The position numbers and the translations under genes are program-made. This document shows, in pieces, positions 35,404 to 44,632 of a stretch of DNA of 64,000 nucleotides; position 1 is the stretch's first letter; every line of letters begins with the position of its first letter. Origin of the DNA: an uncultured bacterium (GTDB lineage: Bacteria > Muiribacteriota > Ozemobacteria > Ozemobacterales > Ozemobacteraceae); assembly GCA_900317935.1 (NCBI GenBank), contig ONIU01000004.1:2139-66138 (forward strand). Direction: 5' to 3'. A model generated the notes under the pieces. That model was not told where the DNA came from. It did not search any database and saw nothing but the letters and a program-made list of their open reading frames with translations.

Positions 35404-36567
35404 ATGAATGTAATTTATTTATCACCACATTTCCCACCAAATTTTATAGAATTCGTAATTGGTCTCGCAAATAGAGGCATAAATGTACTAGGTATAGCCG
35501 AAGATCATTATGATAGCTTAGACGGAAGATTAAAAGGCTCTTTGGCTGACTACTATCAGGTAGGAAGCATGGAAGATTATGATCAGGTTTATCGTGCAGC
35601 AGCTTTTTTCTGCCATAAATGGGGTAGAATAGCAAGTGTAGAATCCAACAATGAATATTGGATGTTGTTGGAAGGCAAACTTCGTGAAGATTTCAATATT
35701 CCTGGTCCAAAGATTCAAGAAACAATAAATCTCCAAAAGAAATCTGAAATGAAGAAGCTTTTCATTAAAGCTGGTGCTCCAGTTGCTGATGGTATAATCA
35801 TTACAGATAGAAAATCCTTAGATGAATTTATTAAGAAACATGGCTATCCTGTTTTTGCTAAGCCTGACCGTGGCGTAGGTGGAGCAGGTGGATTTAAGAT
35901 TACTAACGAAGACGATGTTGCTAACTTCTGGTTAAAGAAACCTGAAGACTGTGAATACTTTGTAGAAGAATTTGTTGACGGCGCTTTAACTACTTTTGAT
36001 GGTCTCGTTAATAAAGACGGTGAAGTCGAATTTACTTCTTCTCTATATTCTCCAAATTCAGCACATGATTTGTTAGCCAAGAATGATGATTTAAGCTTCT
36101 ACATTAACAGAGTTATTCCTGCTGACCAGGAAGAAATTGGTAGAAGATGCTTAAAGGAATTCAATCTTAAGGCTAGATTCTTCCATCTTGAATTTTTAAG
36201 AAAGAAAGACGGCGGTTTGATTGTTATGGAAATGAACTGTCGTGCTCCTGGCGGATATACTGTTGACCTTATGAACTATGCCAACGACGTAAATATTTAT
36301 CAGGAATGGGCAAACATGGTTGCTGGCAATCATTTCCAGGAAAAATTTGAACGCAAGTATTACGCAGCTCATATCTCTAGAAAAGATGGCAAGAACTATC
36401 TGCATGATAACGATGAAATCTTTGCTAGCTATGGTGATAAAATAGCTTCTTATCAGATTCTTCCTCCAATTTTTGCTGATGTTATGGGAAATGAAGCTTT
36501 CCTAGTCAGAGCAAAGACTGAAGAAGAAATCGCAGATATGGTTAAATTTATTCAGCAGAAAGCTTAA
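35404..36567 (+). CDS. ATP-grasp domain protein (carboxylate-amine ligase type)
   Basis: YPVFAKPDRGVGGAGGFKI and later FFHLEFL...LIVMEMNCRAPGG are typical ATP-grasp elements. Confidence 0.8.
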   Translation: MNVIYLSPHFPPNFIEFVIGLANRGINVLGIAEDHYDSLDGRLKGSLADYYQVGSMEDYDQVYRAAAFFCHKWGRIASVESNNEYWMLLEGKLREDFNIPGPKIQETINLQKKSEMKKLFIKAGAPVADGIIITDRKSLDEFIKKHGYPVFAKPDRGVGGAGGFKITNEDDVANFWLKKPEDCEYFVEEFVDGALTTFDGLVNKDGEVEFTSSLYSPNSAHDLLAKNDDLSFYINRVIPADQEEIGRRCLKEFNLKARFFHLEFLRKKDGGLIVMEMNCRAPGGYTVDLMNYANDVNIYQEWANMVAGNHFQEKFERKYYAAHISRKDGKNYLHDNDEIFASYGDKIASYQILPPIFADVMGNEAFLVRAKTEEEIADMVKFIQQKA

Positions 36568-36581
36568 TTAAAGGTAATCAA

Positions 36582-37364
36582 ATGGCGGATTCAGTTAATA
36601 ATTTGGGTCAGAAATTTGAACTTCACGGTTATACTGTCTTTTTTAATATTAAAGATAGTCTAGCTGCCGAAAGCATTCTCGACAGTCTTGATCGTGCGAC
36701 CCCAATTTTTAAACAGGTTTTCAATCTAAACGGTGATCCAAAGGGAACATTCTATCTTTTGAATGATGCTTCTGAAATAGAATCTATTATGGGGACTCCG
36801 GCAAAACCAAATGAATCAGTTCGCTTGGATTTGTTGACTGATACAATATGTATTCTTTTAAATAAAATAGATTCGGCTAACTGTGGAGAGACAGCCGTAA
36901 AAGAATTGGGCCATTTGATCTTTAATAAAGCTGTTAATGAACGTGAAATTCGAATGAGACAGTGGAGAACTCCATCTTGGTTAAGAGAAGGAATTGTTCT
37001 TCAGGCTGCTTATAAGATTCGTCAAGATCAGATTCAATGGCTGCAGAGCGGATGGGAAAAACTTCAGACTGCTCAGAAGAATGGTCAGTTGTTAAAACCA
37101 ACAATGATGTTAAAGGAAATATCTTTGATGTCAGATTCTGTAAAAAAAGAATTGGCCTTTTTCCAGTCGTTTTATATGGTTAGATTACTGCTGACTATTT
37201 ATTGTGATAGTTTCTTTTCAAAGTATTCTACTCTTATGAAAGCTTTGGAAGATATGGAGTCTGAAACTTGTTTCAGACAGATAACAAGTTTTAGTTTTGA
37301 TAAGTTTTACTCAATGTTTGAGAATTGGGTTCAAAAAACTAACGCTTGGACTGCGATGGAATAA
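36582..37364 (+). CDS. hypothetical protein
   Basis: 260-aa ORF 15 nt after the ATP-grasp gene. No family recognised. Confidence 0.55.
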   Translation: MADSVNNLGQKFELHGYTVFFNIKDSLAAESILDSLDRATPIFKQVFNLNGDPKGTFYLLNDASEIESIMGTPAKPNESVRLDLLTDTICILLNKIDSANCGETAVKELGHLIFNKAVNEREIRMRQWRTPSWLREGIVLQAAYKIRQDQIQWLQSGWEKLQTAQKNGQLLKPTMMLKEISLMSDSVKKELAFFQSFYMVRLLLTIYCDSFFSKYSTLMKALEDMESETCFRQITSFSFDKFYSMFENWVQKTNAWTAME

Positions 37365-37374
37365 AAAAGTATAC

Positions 37375-37424
37375 TGCTCGATAACTCTTGCGTTAGACAA
37401 ATTGTTATCGAGCATATTTTTTTT
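37375..37424 (+). terminator. intrinsic terminator
   Basis: TGCTCGATAAC (37375-37385) / GTTATCGAGCA (37404-37414) followed by T8. Confidence 0.7.
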
Positions 37425-37444
37425 ATGATTTGGAAGGAATAATA

Positions 37445-38062
37445 GTGAAACTAAACCGAACAGAAAAGATTACTTTTTCAATTTTGACTTTTACGTTAGT
37501 GTTCGGTTTTATGCTTCTTATTGTTAGATTATCTAATGCTAATTCAAACGCCAGTGGCATTATTTTCAATATTAATAATATTGCTCAGTTTACAGATAGG
37601 ACCCCATTAGAAAAAACTATTTATTTTGATGAAGTTGAAAGCCAGAATAAACTGAATCTTAACAGAACTAATCTGGTCAGTATAAAAAAGATTCCCTGTC
37701 TTAGTGCTCCTATGGCGAAACGTATTTTTGAATTTATTACAGAAAAAGGCCAAATAAAAGATTTGACCGACTTGCTTGAAGTAAAGGGAATGTCTAGAAA
37801 AAGACTAAGAGAATTAGATAAATATGCTACTGTCATGGGAGGACACGCTGGTTCGGCTGCCTGGGGTAGTAAAGTAGATTTGAATTTTGCATCTGAAGCA
37901 GAACTTACTAATTTGCCTGGAATTAGCAAAAAAATGGCAGAAAAAATAATTAATTTCAGAAACTCTAACGGAGGTTTCCGCTCAATTGATGAATTATATG
38001 AAATTCCAGGACTTACAGAAAAAACTATCAAGCGTTTTATTGATAGTGTTGAGGTTAAATAA
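37445..38062 (+). CDS. comEA: ComEA-like helix-hairpin-helix DNA-binding protein
   Basis: N-terminal TM. Two HhH units (VSIKKIPCLSAPMAKRI..., ELTNLPGISKKMAEKIINFRNSNGGFRSIDEL..IPGL). GTG 37445 after GGAAGGA is preferred over TTG 37430. Confidence 0.8.
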   Translation: MKLNRTEKITFSILTFTLVFGFMLLIVRLSNANSNASGIIFNINNIAQFTDRTPLEKTIYFDEVESQNKLNLNRTNLVSIKKIPCLSAPMAKRIFEFITEKGQIKDLTDLLEVKGMSRKRLRELDKYATVMGGHAGSAAWGSKVDLNFASEAELTNLPGISKKMAEKIINFRNSNGGFRSIDELYEIPGLTEKTIKRFIDSVEVK

Positions 38063-39027
38063 TGCATAGTTTTGGAATAAAAGAAAGGCCTTTTAGCAAA
38101 CAGGCAACAAGAGTAATTCTAGCTGTTCTTATTGTTTTGAATATTCTTGTATTTGCCCTTTTATTTAGTAAAAATATGCTTGGTTTGTTAAATGTAAATG
38201 TTTCACCACAGCTTAAGATTGATTTTGTTAATGTAGGGCAGGGTGACTGCTGTTTAATAAGAACACCTAAGGGCAGAACCTTTGTGATAGACGGTGGAAC
38301 TAATGTAAGTGAAGAAGACGCAAAAAAACTTGGTCGTGAACTAATTTACAAATATGTTCAAAAACTCAATATTAAAAAGATAGATGGGGTTGTCGTTACA
38401 CACTGGCATGTAGACGATTTTTCCGGGCTTATTCCTTTAATTAAACAATCTGATGTTTCCTGTGTTTATGAAACTCCTATTGGCTTTATTAATGAGTTTT
38501 ACAATGATTTTGACGAAGCCTGTAAAAACAAGAATGTTAAACGTATTAGTGTAACAGCAGGAAATGTATTAGAGTGGGGCGATGAACTCTTTGTTCAGGT
38601 TCTTAACCCTGAAGATATCTTCGGTTCTGCTTTACATTCTGAAATTAACAATGATGCGATAGTTCTTCTTGTTAGATATGGGAAAGTGCAGGTTTTACTT
38701 TGTGCTGATATTCAGGAAGACGCTGAACGCGAAGTTATTAAGTTTAATGAAGGCATTAAAAGCCAGATTATTAAAATTCCCGACCATGGTGCCGAAAGAA
38801 GCGCTTATAAGCCTTTCTTTAAATTAGTTGGTGCTCAAGATGGAATAATCAGTGTCGGAGCAAACAATAAATTTGGTTACCCGTCGGTAAAAGCATTAGA
38901 TCTTTTTGAAGAACTGGGAATGAAGATATATAGAACTGATAAAAACGGAAATATACATCTCAGCATAGGAGGAAAAGACGAAAAAGACTATTCTATTGCT
39001 GTAGATTATAACCGAATACTTGATTAA
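38062..39027 (+). CDS. ComEC/Rec2-type metallo-beta-lactamase domain protein (no channel domain)
   Basis: One N-terminal TM, then DFVNVGQGDCCLIRTPKGRTFVIDGG ... THWHVDDFSG ... PDHGA, which is the C-terminal MBL module of ComEC. Confidence 0.75.
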   Translation: MHSFGIKERPFSKQATRVILAVLIVLNILVFALLFSKNMLGLLNVNVSPQLKIDFVNVGQGDCCLIRTPKGRTFVIDGGTNVSEEDAKKLGRELIYKYVQKLNIKKIDGVVVTHWHVDDFSGLIPLIKQSDVSCVYETPIGFINEFYNDFDEACKNKNVKRISVTAGNVLEWGDELFVQVLNPEDIFGSALHSEINNDAIVLLVRYGKVQVLLCADIQEDAEREVIKFNEGIKSQIIKIPDHGAERSAYKPFFKLVGAQDGIISVGANNKFGYPSVKALDLFEELGMKIYRTDKNGNIHLSIGGKDEKDYSIAVDYNRILD

Positions 39028-39039
39028 ATGGGGTAAGAA

Positions 39040-39618
39040 ATGAAAGAATTAATAGATAAATTGCTCGCGTATAAGTCTGACAACGACTTTGAAGAAGCAG
39101 AAAAACTTGCTTTTGCAAATTTCCTGCAAAAGAACGATGATGCTTATTATAGAACAAATACTATTGCTCATATCACATCCTCTTCCTGGATTGTAAACGA
39201 GGATTTTTCGAAAGTCCTGATGTGTTATCATACTATTTACAAATCTTGGAGTTGGACTGGTGGTCATGCTGATGGAGACAAAGATTTAAAAGCAGTAGCT
39301 ATTCGAGAAGCTAAAGAAGAAACAGGAATTGAAAATATTGAACTGATTCTTCCTGATTTCTTTGATGTTGAGGTTATTCCTGTTCCTGCTCATTATAAAA
39401 GAGGTTTTGCTGTTGGCAACCATTTGCATTTGAATGTTACTTACTTATTAAAAGCAAATGAAAGAGATATTTTAAAAGTTAAAGAAGACGAAAATACAAA
39501 AGTTGCATGGTTAGATGTTAATAGACTAGATGAACTTATTGAAGAACGTGATATGCTTCCTCTTTATCATAGATTGCATAGAAAGGCACTGGCATATAAA
39601 AACTCGTTCAAAATCTGA
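39040..39618 (+). CDS. NUDIX hydrolase
   Basis: Nudix box GGHADGDKDLKAVAIREAKEETGI. Confidence 0.85.
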   Translation: MKELIDKLLAYKSDNDFEEAEKLAFANFLQKNDDAYYRTNTIAHITSSSWIVNEDFSKVLMCYHTIYKSWSWTGGHADGDKDLKAVAIREAKEETGIENIELILPDFFDVEVIPVPAHYKRGFAVGNHLHLNVTYLLKANERDILKVKEDENTKVAWLDVNRLDELIEERDMLPLYHRLHRKALAYKNSFKI

Positions 39619-39660
39619 TTTAAATTTAAGAGTTTTATAAAAAAGATTATACATTTTCTA

Positions 39661-39690
39661 TTGACCGAATTATTTAAATTTATCTATAAT
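39661..39690 (+). promoter_or_regulatory. candidate sigma-70 promoter
   Basis: TTGACC, 18 nt spacer, TATAAT. 37 nt upstream of the DHH gene. Confidence 0.45.
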
Positions 39691-39726
39691 AGATGAATTC
39701 ATAGGAAAGGACATAAGAATATTTAG

Positions 39727-41151
39727 ATGACAGAATCAAAGATTTTTGATATTGATTTTTCAAATGTAGAAGAACACGCAGAACAGTGGTCAAAGCTTAA
39801 AGAAACAAACGAAGGACTTCAGAAAATACTTGAAGTAGTTAATAAGCCGGGTAAAGCAATAATATTCAGTCATGATGACCCAGACGGCATCACTAGCGGA
39901 TTGATTTGTAAAAGAATGCTTATTAAGAAAGGCTGGAAAGTTAAACATTATATGCCGGAAGGCTTTAAAATTCAGCCCGAACAGTTAGATAAAGCTCTCA
40001 AAGAATTCCCTGAAGCAGAATGTGTATTCATGCTAGATAAAGGCACCTCAAATGCTGATGATTTTATCTCAGATAAACTGCCTTGTTACGTTATAGACCA
40101 TCATCCTGGAGTTACACCACCAGAAAAGAATACCTTCTTTAATCCAGGCGCCAAATCCTATGTTCAGTGCTCTGGTTCTGTTCTTGCTCATGGTATATCT
40201 GTTTTAGCAGGAACTAGAGAAGAATTTGACGATTTGTTGGCTTTAATTGGTTTGAAAGGTGACTGGGCTATTGAACCAGTTAGCGGCGTCTGTGCAGATT
40301 TTGTTAGACCTTTCTTTAAAAAATATGCCTTAGATAATTTCAAGAATCTCTTTACTTTTGTAAAAGAACGCCCAACTATGTTTGATGCTTCTCAAAGAGA
40401 CGGAACTTGCGTTATTTCTTTGATTAGCGAAGTTATTCACGGCTGTGGCGGCGGCGGATTCTCTTATTTCTATAACGACAGAGAACCAGCACTAAAAGAT
40501 GTTCTTCACCCGGATTTATGCGCAAAAGCATTAGAAGAAATTGCCGGAAAAATCGAAGAAATAAAGAAAGTCAGAAGTGTTAATGATTTCCTTTCATTGA
40601 TTCCTGCTAACGAACAGACTTTATTAAAGAAAATCTGGAATTATTTCTTGGAAGATTGGGAAAAAGCTTCATCTATGCTAGATTCTTCCGCAAGAATCTT
40701 AAAACTGGAAGATACTTCAATTTATTTGTTTGTAGGTCCAAAAGTTCCTTTACTTCCAATGATCGGTTCTATCAAGCTGTTTGATTTGAAAGCTGCTGGA
40801 AACGACAAATTGGCTCAGATAATTATGGTTAGTGCTGTATCAGACTGCTATACACATGTATCTGTCAGAGCTACTGGTCCAAAAGTTCATTCAGGCATGA
40901 TCTGCCATGAACTACAAGATTCTTTGAGAAATAGATATCCTGAATCCAAGCAGGTTATTAGCGGTGGTGGTCACCCGGTAGCAGCTGAATGCACAGTAAA
41001 AACTGATAAAGTTACATTCCTAAATGTTCTAACTAGAGTTACCGAAGTATTAACTGAAATGGATAAATTAGATAAAGCATATTCTAATGGTCCTCTTAAT
41101 GATGAGCAAAAGAAAAGAGCCAAAGAACTTGGCTTGGATTATATAAAATAA
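39727..41151 (+). CDS. DHH/DHHA1-family phosphoesterase (RecJ/NrnA-like)
   Basis: IFSHDDPDGITS (motifs I-II), YVIDHHPG (DHH), GGGHPVAAE (DHHA1 GGGH). Confidence 0.85.
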   Translation: MTESKIFDIDFSNVEEHAEQWSKLKETNEGLQKILEVVNKPGKAIIFSHDDPDGITSGLICKRMLIKKGWKVKHYMPEGFKIQPEQLDKALKEFPEAECVFMLDKGTSNADDFISDKLPCYVIDHHPGVTPPEKNTFFNPGAKSYVQCSGSVLAHGISVLAGTREEFDDLLALIGLKGDWAIEPVSGVCADFVRPFFKKYALDNFKNLFTFVKERPTMFDASQRDGTCVISLISEVIHGCGGGGFSYFYNDREPALKDVLHPDLCAKALEEIAGKIEEIKKVRSVNDFLSLIPANEQTLLKKIWNYFLEDWEKASSMLDSSARILKLEDTSIYLFVGPKVPLLPMIGSIKLFDLKAAGNDKLAQIIMVSAVSDCYTHVSVRATGPKVHSGMICHELQDSLRNRYPESKQVISGGGHPVAAECTVKTDKVTFLNVLTRVTEVLTEMDKLDKAYSNGPLNDEQKKRAKELGLDYIK

Positions 41152-41161
41152 GGAAAGAATA

Positions 41162-41578
41162 ATGTCATTTAAAGAAACAGATTTTACCGGTTTAATCGGT
41201 TATTTGAAAGGTCTTCTTGCGACACAGAATGACCCTGTGCTTTTTAAAGCAATGGTGGCAAAGATGGTCGAAATTTATGACCAGCTCCCTGTTTACCCCG
41301 GTCTTGTTAATATGTGCATTGGACAAGCACAAAAAGCTGTTGATGTAAAAGACTTGAAAAAAGGCCAAAAAGTTTATTTTGAAACAAAAGATGGTTTTGT
41401 TGCCGGTGTTGTTGCTAAGACAGGAAAAAAGATTTCTATTTCTAATGCAGTAACAACAAGTTGTTCTAAGACTGTTGAATTAGATAGTAGCAAGATAAAC
41501 AAAGTTTTCACCATAAATGAAGATGTTGTTAAAGAATTGTGGCCATCTTTGGTTTTTGATAAGGAGCAGAATAAATGA
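41162..41578 (+). CDS. hypothetical protein
   Basis: 138 aa. Stop overlaps the start of the Clp1-like gene (ATGA). Confidence 0.55.
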   Translation: MSFKETDFTGLIGYLKGLLATQNDPVLFKAMVAKMVEIYDQLPVYPGLVNMCIGQAQKAVDVKDLKKGQKVYFETKDGFVAGVVAKTGKKISISNAVTTSCSKTVELDSSKINKVFTINEDVVKELWPSLVFDKEQNK

Positions 41579-42828
41579 AGCTAGATATTAAAAAAGGCGA
41601 TTTTTATCTGTTAAATGGTCCTGCCAAGGTTAAAGTTGATTCTGGCTTACTGGAATGTATTGCTGCTCCAGTCGCAAAAGGCGAAAACGTAGTTGTTCCT
41701 GTTGGCAAAAAAGTTCCATTATTGGGTGTAAAAGCATCTAAAGTTACAATCGATGCCAAAAAAGAACAAATTACAAAAATGGAAAACAGCACTATTCCTG
41801 CAGAATGGGATGTTCTTGCAAATAAGATTGCAAAAGAAAAGAAAAAAGGTCAGCTTTATAAAGTATTGGTTCTTGGTGAAGTCGATACTGGTAAAACCTT
41901 CTTCAGCACTTATCTTGCCAACAGACTTCTTTCTAAGGTTGGTAAAACTGCTATACTAGATACTGATACAGGCCAATCTGATATCGGTTGCCCAGGCTGC
42001 TTTGGTATGCTTGTTCTTAAAAAGCCTGAAGTTTTCCTGGCTGATTTGGAACCAACCCATCAGTATATGATTGGTGCTCACTCTTCTAATTTGCATTTCC
42101 TTCCAGCTCTTACTGGTTTGATTCATATGCTCCATAAGGCTGAAAAAGATGCTGATGCTCTTATTATTGATACTACCGGTTGGGTTCAGTTTGATGGCGG
42201 CAGAGCAGTAAAAAAAGCAAAATTAGATATGGTAAATCCTGATAAAGTAGTATTGATGCAGAGAGGAAATGAATTAGAACATTTGATTAAACATTTGCCT
42301 CCTGAAAAGGTTGTCAGATTGCCAGTTTCCAAAAAGGCTTCTCCTACAAGCCAGATGGATAGAAAAGCTCTTAGAGAACTAGTCAGCCGAAGATATTTTA
42401 AAGGAGCAAAAGAATTTAGTGTACCATTTAAACAGGTATTTACTGACAGATGCTTCCTTAAAACTGGAACTAAGCTATCTTTAAAGGGTGCTTTATGGGC
42501 TGAAAAACTTTCTGGTTTTGAAGGTACTTTGGTTGTTACAGATAAGCCTGTAACAGATAAAATTAAGAAGAATTGGCCAAAAGATTTAGGTTTTATCAGA
42601 AATTTTGTTGCTGGTAATGAAAAGGGAATTTTGACAGCTCTTCTTGATGCCGACCAAAATGTTCTTGCTGTTGCTAGACTTGTTGCTTTTGATTTTGAAA
42701 AAGAAAAGTTTGTTGTTCAGTCTACCTACAAAGGCGATAAAAAGCTGATTAAAGGTATTCAATTCGGTTCTTTGAAGATAACAAAAGAAGGTAATGAAGC
42801 TGGCTTTATTGAACCAGGTTCATTCTGA
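41575..42828 (+). CDS. Clp1/Grc3-family polynucleotide 5'-hydroxyl kinase-like protein
   Basis: P-loop VLVLGEVDTGKTFFSTYLANRL, then LDTDTGQSDIG (compare Clp1 LDxGQ). N-terminal beta-rich domain and a C-terminal domain, 417 aa. Confidence 0.75.
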   Translation: MKLDIKKGDFYLLNGPAKVKVDSGLLECIAAPVAKGENVVVPVGKKVPLLGVKASKVTIDAKKEQITKMENSTIPAEWDVLANKIAKEKKKGQLYKVLVLGEVDTGKTFFSTYLANRLLSKVGKTAILDTDTGQSDIGCPGCFGMLVLKKPEVFLADLEPTHQYMIGAHSSNLHFLPALTGLIHMLHKAEKDADALIIDTTGWVQFDGGRAVKKAKLDMVNPDKVVLMQRGNELEHLIKHLPPEKVVRLPVSKKASPTSQMDRKALRELVSRRYFKGAKEFSVPFKQVFTDRCFLKTGTKLSLKGALWAEKLSGFEGTLVVTDKPVTDKIKKNWPKDLGFIRNFVAGNEKGILTALLDADQNVLAVARLVAFDFEKEKFVVQSTYKGDKKLIKGIQFGSLKITKEGNEAGFIEPGSF

Positions 42829-42842
42829 TAAAAGCAAAGAGC

Positions 42843-42880
42843 AAAAAAATACCCGGTTTTGAAACCGGGTATTTTTTTTT
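42843..42880. terminator. bidirectional intrinsic terminator
   Basis: TACCCGGTTT / AAACCGGGTA (42850-42871) between an A-run and a T-run, and between convergent genes. Confidence 0.85.
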
Positions 42881-42889
42881 GCTAATTAT

Positions 42890-43546
42890 TTAATCTACTT
42901 TTGCAGAAACTATTTCAACTTGATCAATCATTGGCATGCCATATTCGTCTAAGGAAACAATGCCTTTAATATGAAGAATAGTTCCTTTTGGATAAAGTTT
43001 AGTTGTTCTGCCGATTCTAATTGCTCCGGTTGGGTCTGCTACAAGATACATTCTATCGCCTTTAATTCCATAACCTTTACCAAGAACACCTGTTAAACCA
43101 ACATATTCACCAAGCATTTCATGCTGATTAAGAATTATTTGTCTTACAGAAACCATTTTTTCAAGCTTAGGTTCAGAAGCTTTTGTTTCGGTAACTCTGA
43201 TAAAAGGAACATTGTCTTTTACTTCAACTACACCAACTACATCTATAGGTTTCCAATAAGATTCTATTTCGCCAGTTTCTTCATCACAGGGCATTGAACC
43301 TGTGCAGTAGATACCCTTTTTTTCTCCATTACAGAGAACCCAATCAGAACGGCTTACTGGAGGGGCACCGGGTGCATTTTTCCATACAGAGAAAAAACCT
43401 GATACTTTAACTGTTTTGCCTTTGTAAAAATCAGGTTTTGCATTTAAATCATTTACTGTTGCAAATAGTTCTTCTGCATACAAAGAACAACTGAATGAAA
43501 TTAGAGCAAAAAGCACAAGCATTAGCTTGAAAATTGACTTTTTCAT
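42890..43546 (-). CDS. hypothetical exported protein
   Basis: Signal peptide MKKSIFKLMLVLFALISFSCSLYA. 218 aa. Confidence 0.6.
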   Translation of the reverse strand: MKKSIFKLMLVLFALISFSCSLYAEELFATVNDLNAKPDFYKGKTVKVSGFFSVWKNAPGAPPVSRSDWVLCNGEKKGIYCTGSMPCDEETGEIESYWKPIDVVGVVEVKDNVPFIRVTETKASEPKLEKMVSVRQIILNQHEMLGEYVGLTGVLGKGYGIKGDRMYLVADPTGAIRIGRTTKLYPKGTILHIKGIVSLDEYGMPMIDQVEIVSAKVD

Positions 43547-43616
43547 TTTTGTCTCCTTACTTGTTTTCTTGAATTTAGCATAATTAAAGTATTTTTACAA
43601 TAGCCTTAGATTTCCT

Positions 43617-43645
43617 TTGACGCAAAGTTTGATATGTGGTAAATT
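43617..43645 (+). promoter_or_regulatory. candidate sigma-70 promoter with extended -10
   Basis: TTGACG (43617-43622), 17 nt spacer ending TGG, TAAATT (43640-43645). Confidence 0.45.
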
Positions 43646-43672
43646 ATTGAACATTTTAAAAAAAGGATAATC

Positions 43673-44632
43673 ATGAGCAGCCCTCTATTTCCATTGCAAG
43701 ACCAACTTAAAGGATTTTCAAGAGCATTATTTTCTACTTGGATCTATCATAAAAGATTCAATATCCTTTTTGACTGCGGTGAAGGTGTTGCAACTTCTCT
43801 TTTAAACAGAGTCTTTGGGATCAGAAGAGTTTTTCTCTCTCACGGTCATGCAGACCATATAGCCGGTCTTGTTAATCTTTTAAATATCAGAAACCTTGGT
43901 GCTGGCGACCAGACCGCTCCTTTGCAGATCTATTATCCGAATAACAATAAACTACTTGAGTATATGCTCGATTATCTTACTAGAACTCAAAAGGATCTTT
44001 CTTTTGAATTAACATGGATTCCACTAGAACCAGGTCAGATAATTAAATTAGAGGACCAGAAAGGTTATCTTTATATTAAAACCTTTGAAACAAAGCATTC
44101 TCAAAGACAGTTGAGTCTTGGTTATAACATTATTGAAACAAGAAGAAGATTAAAACCAGAATACACTGGTTTAACTCAGAATGAGTTAAATAGAATTATT
44201 TGGGAAAAAGGTAAAGAAGAAGTCGCAGAAAACTTTGATAAAATAATTTTTTCTTATGGCGGTGATTCAAAACCTATTGAACCTTCAGATATAAAAGACA
44301 GCTTGTTTTTATGTCATGAAGCTACTTACCTTTCTCAAGAAGATGATGAAAGAGATTTTCAGCAACATTCTTTTTTAGAGGAAGTCTTGGTTAATGCAAA
44401 AGAAGCAAATGTAGAAACTTTGCTTTTAATACATACTTCTTTAAGGTATAATCTTGAAGAGATATATGATTTCGTAAACAATACCAAATTAAAGTTAGGC
44501 ATAACAAATAAGGTGGTTATTCTTTTTGGTGAATATTTTATTGATACTGACCAACCGTTAATGATAAAAAAATATAAAAATAGAAGTAAACCAATGACAA
44601 ATAACAATAGCGAGGAAGGCAATGTCAGATAA
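43673..44632 (+). CDS. MBL-fold metallo-hydrolase (RNase Z/ElaC-like)
   Basis: HxHxDH motif SHGHADHIAGL. 319 aa. Confidence 0.7.
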   Translation: MSSPLFPLQDQLKGFSRALFSTWIYHKRFNILFDCGEGVATSLLNRVFGIRRVFLSHGHADHIAGLVNLLNIRNLGAGDQTAPLQIYYPNNNKLLEYMLDYLTRTQKDLSFELTWIPLEPGQIIKLEDQKGYLYIKTFETKHSQRQLSLGYNIIETRRRLKPEYTGLTQNELNRIIWEKGKEEVAENFDKIIFSYGGDSKPIEPSDIKDSLFLCHEATYLSQEDDERDFQQHSFLEEVLVNAKEANVETLLLIHTSLRYNLEEIYDFVNNTKLKLGITNKVVILFGEYFIDTDQPLMIKKYKNRSKPMTNNNSEEGNVR

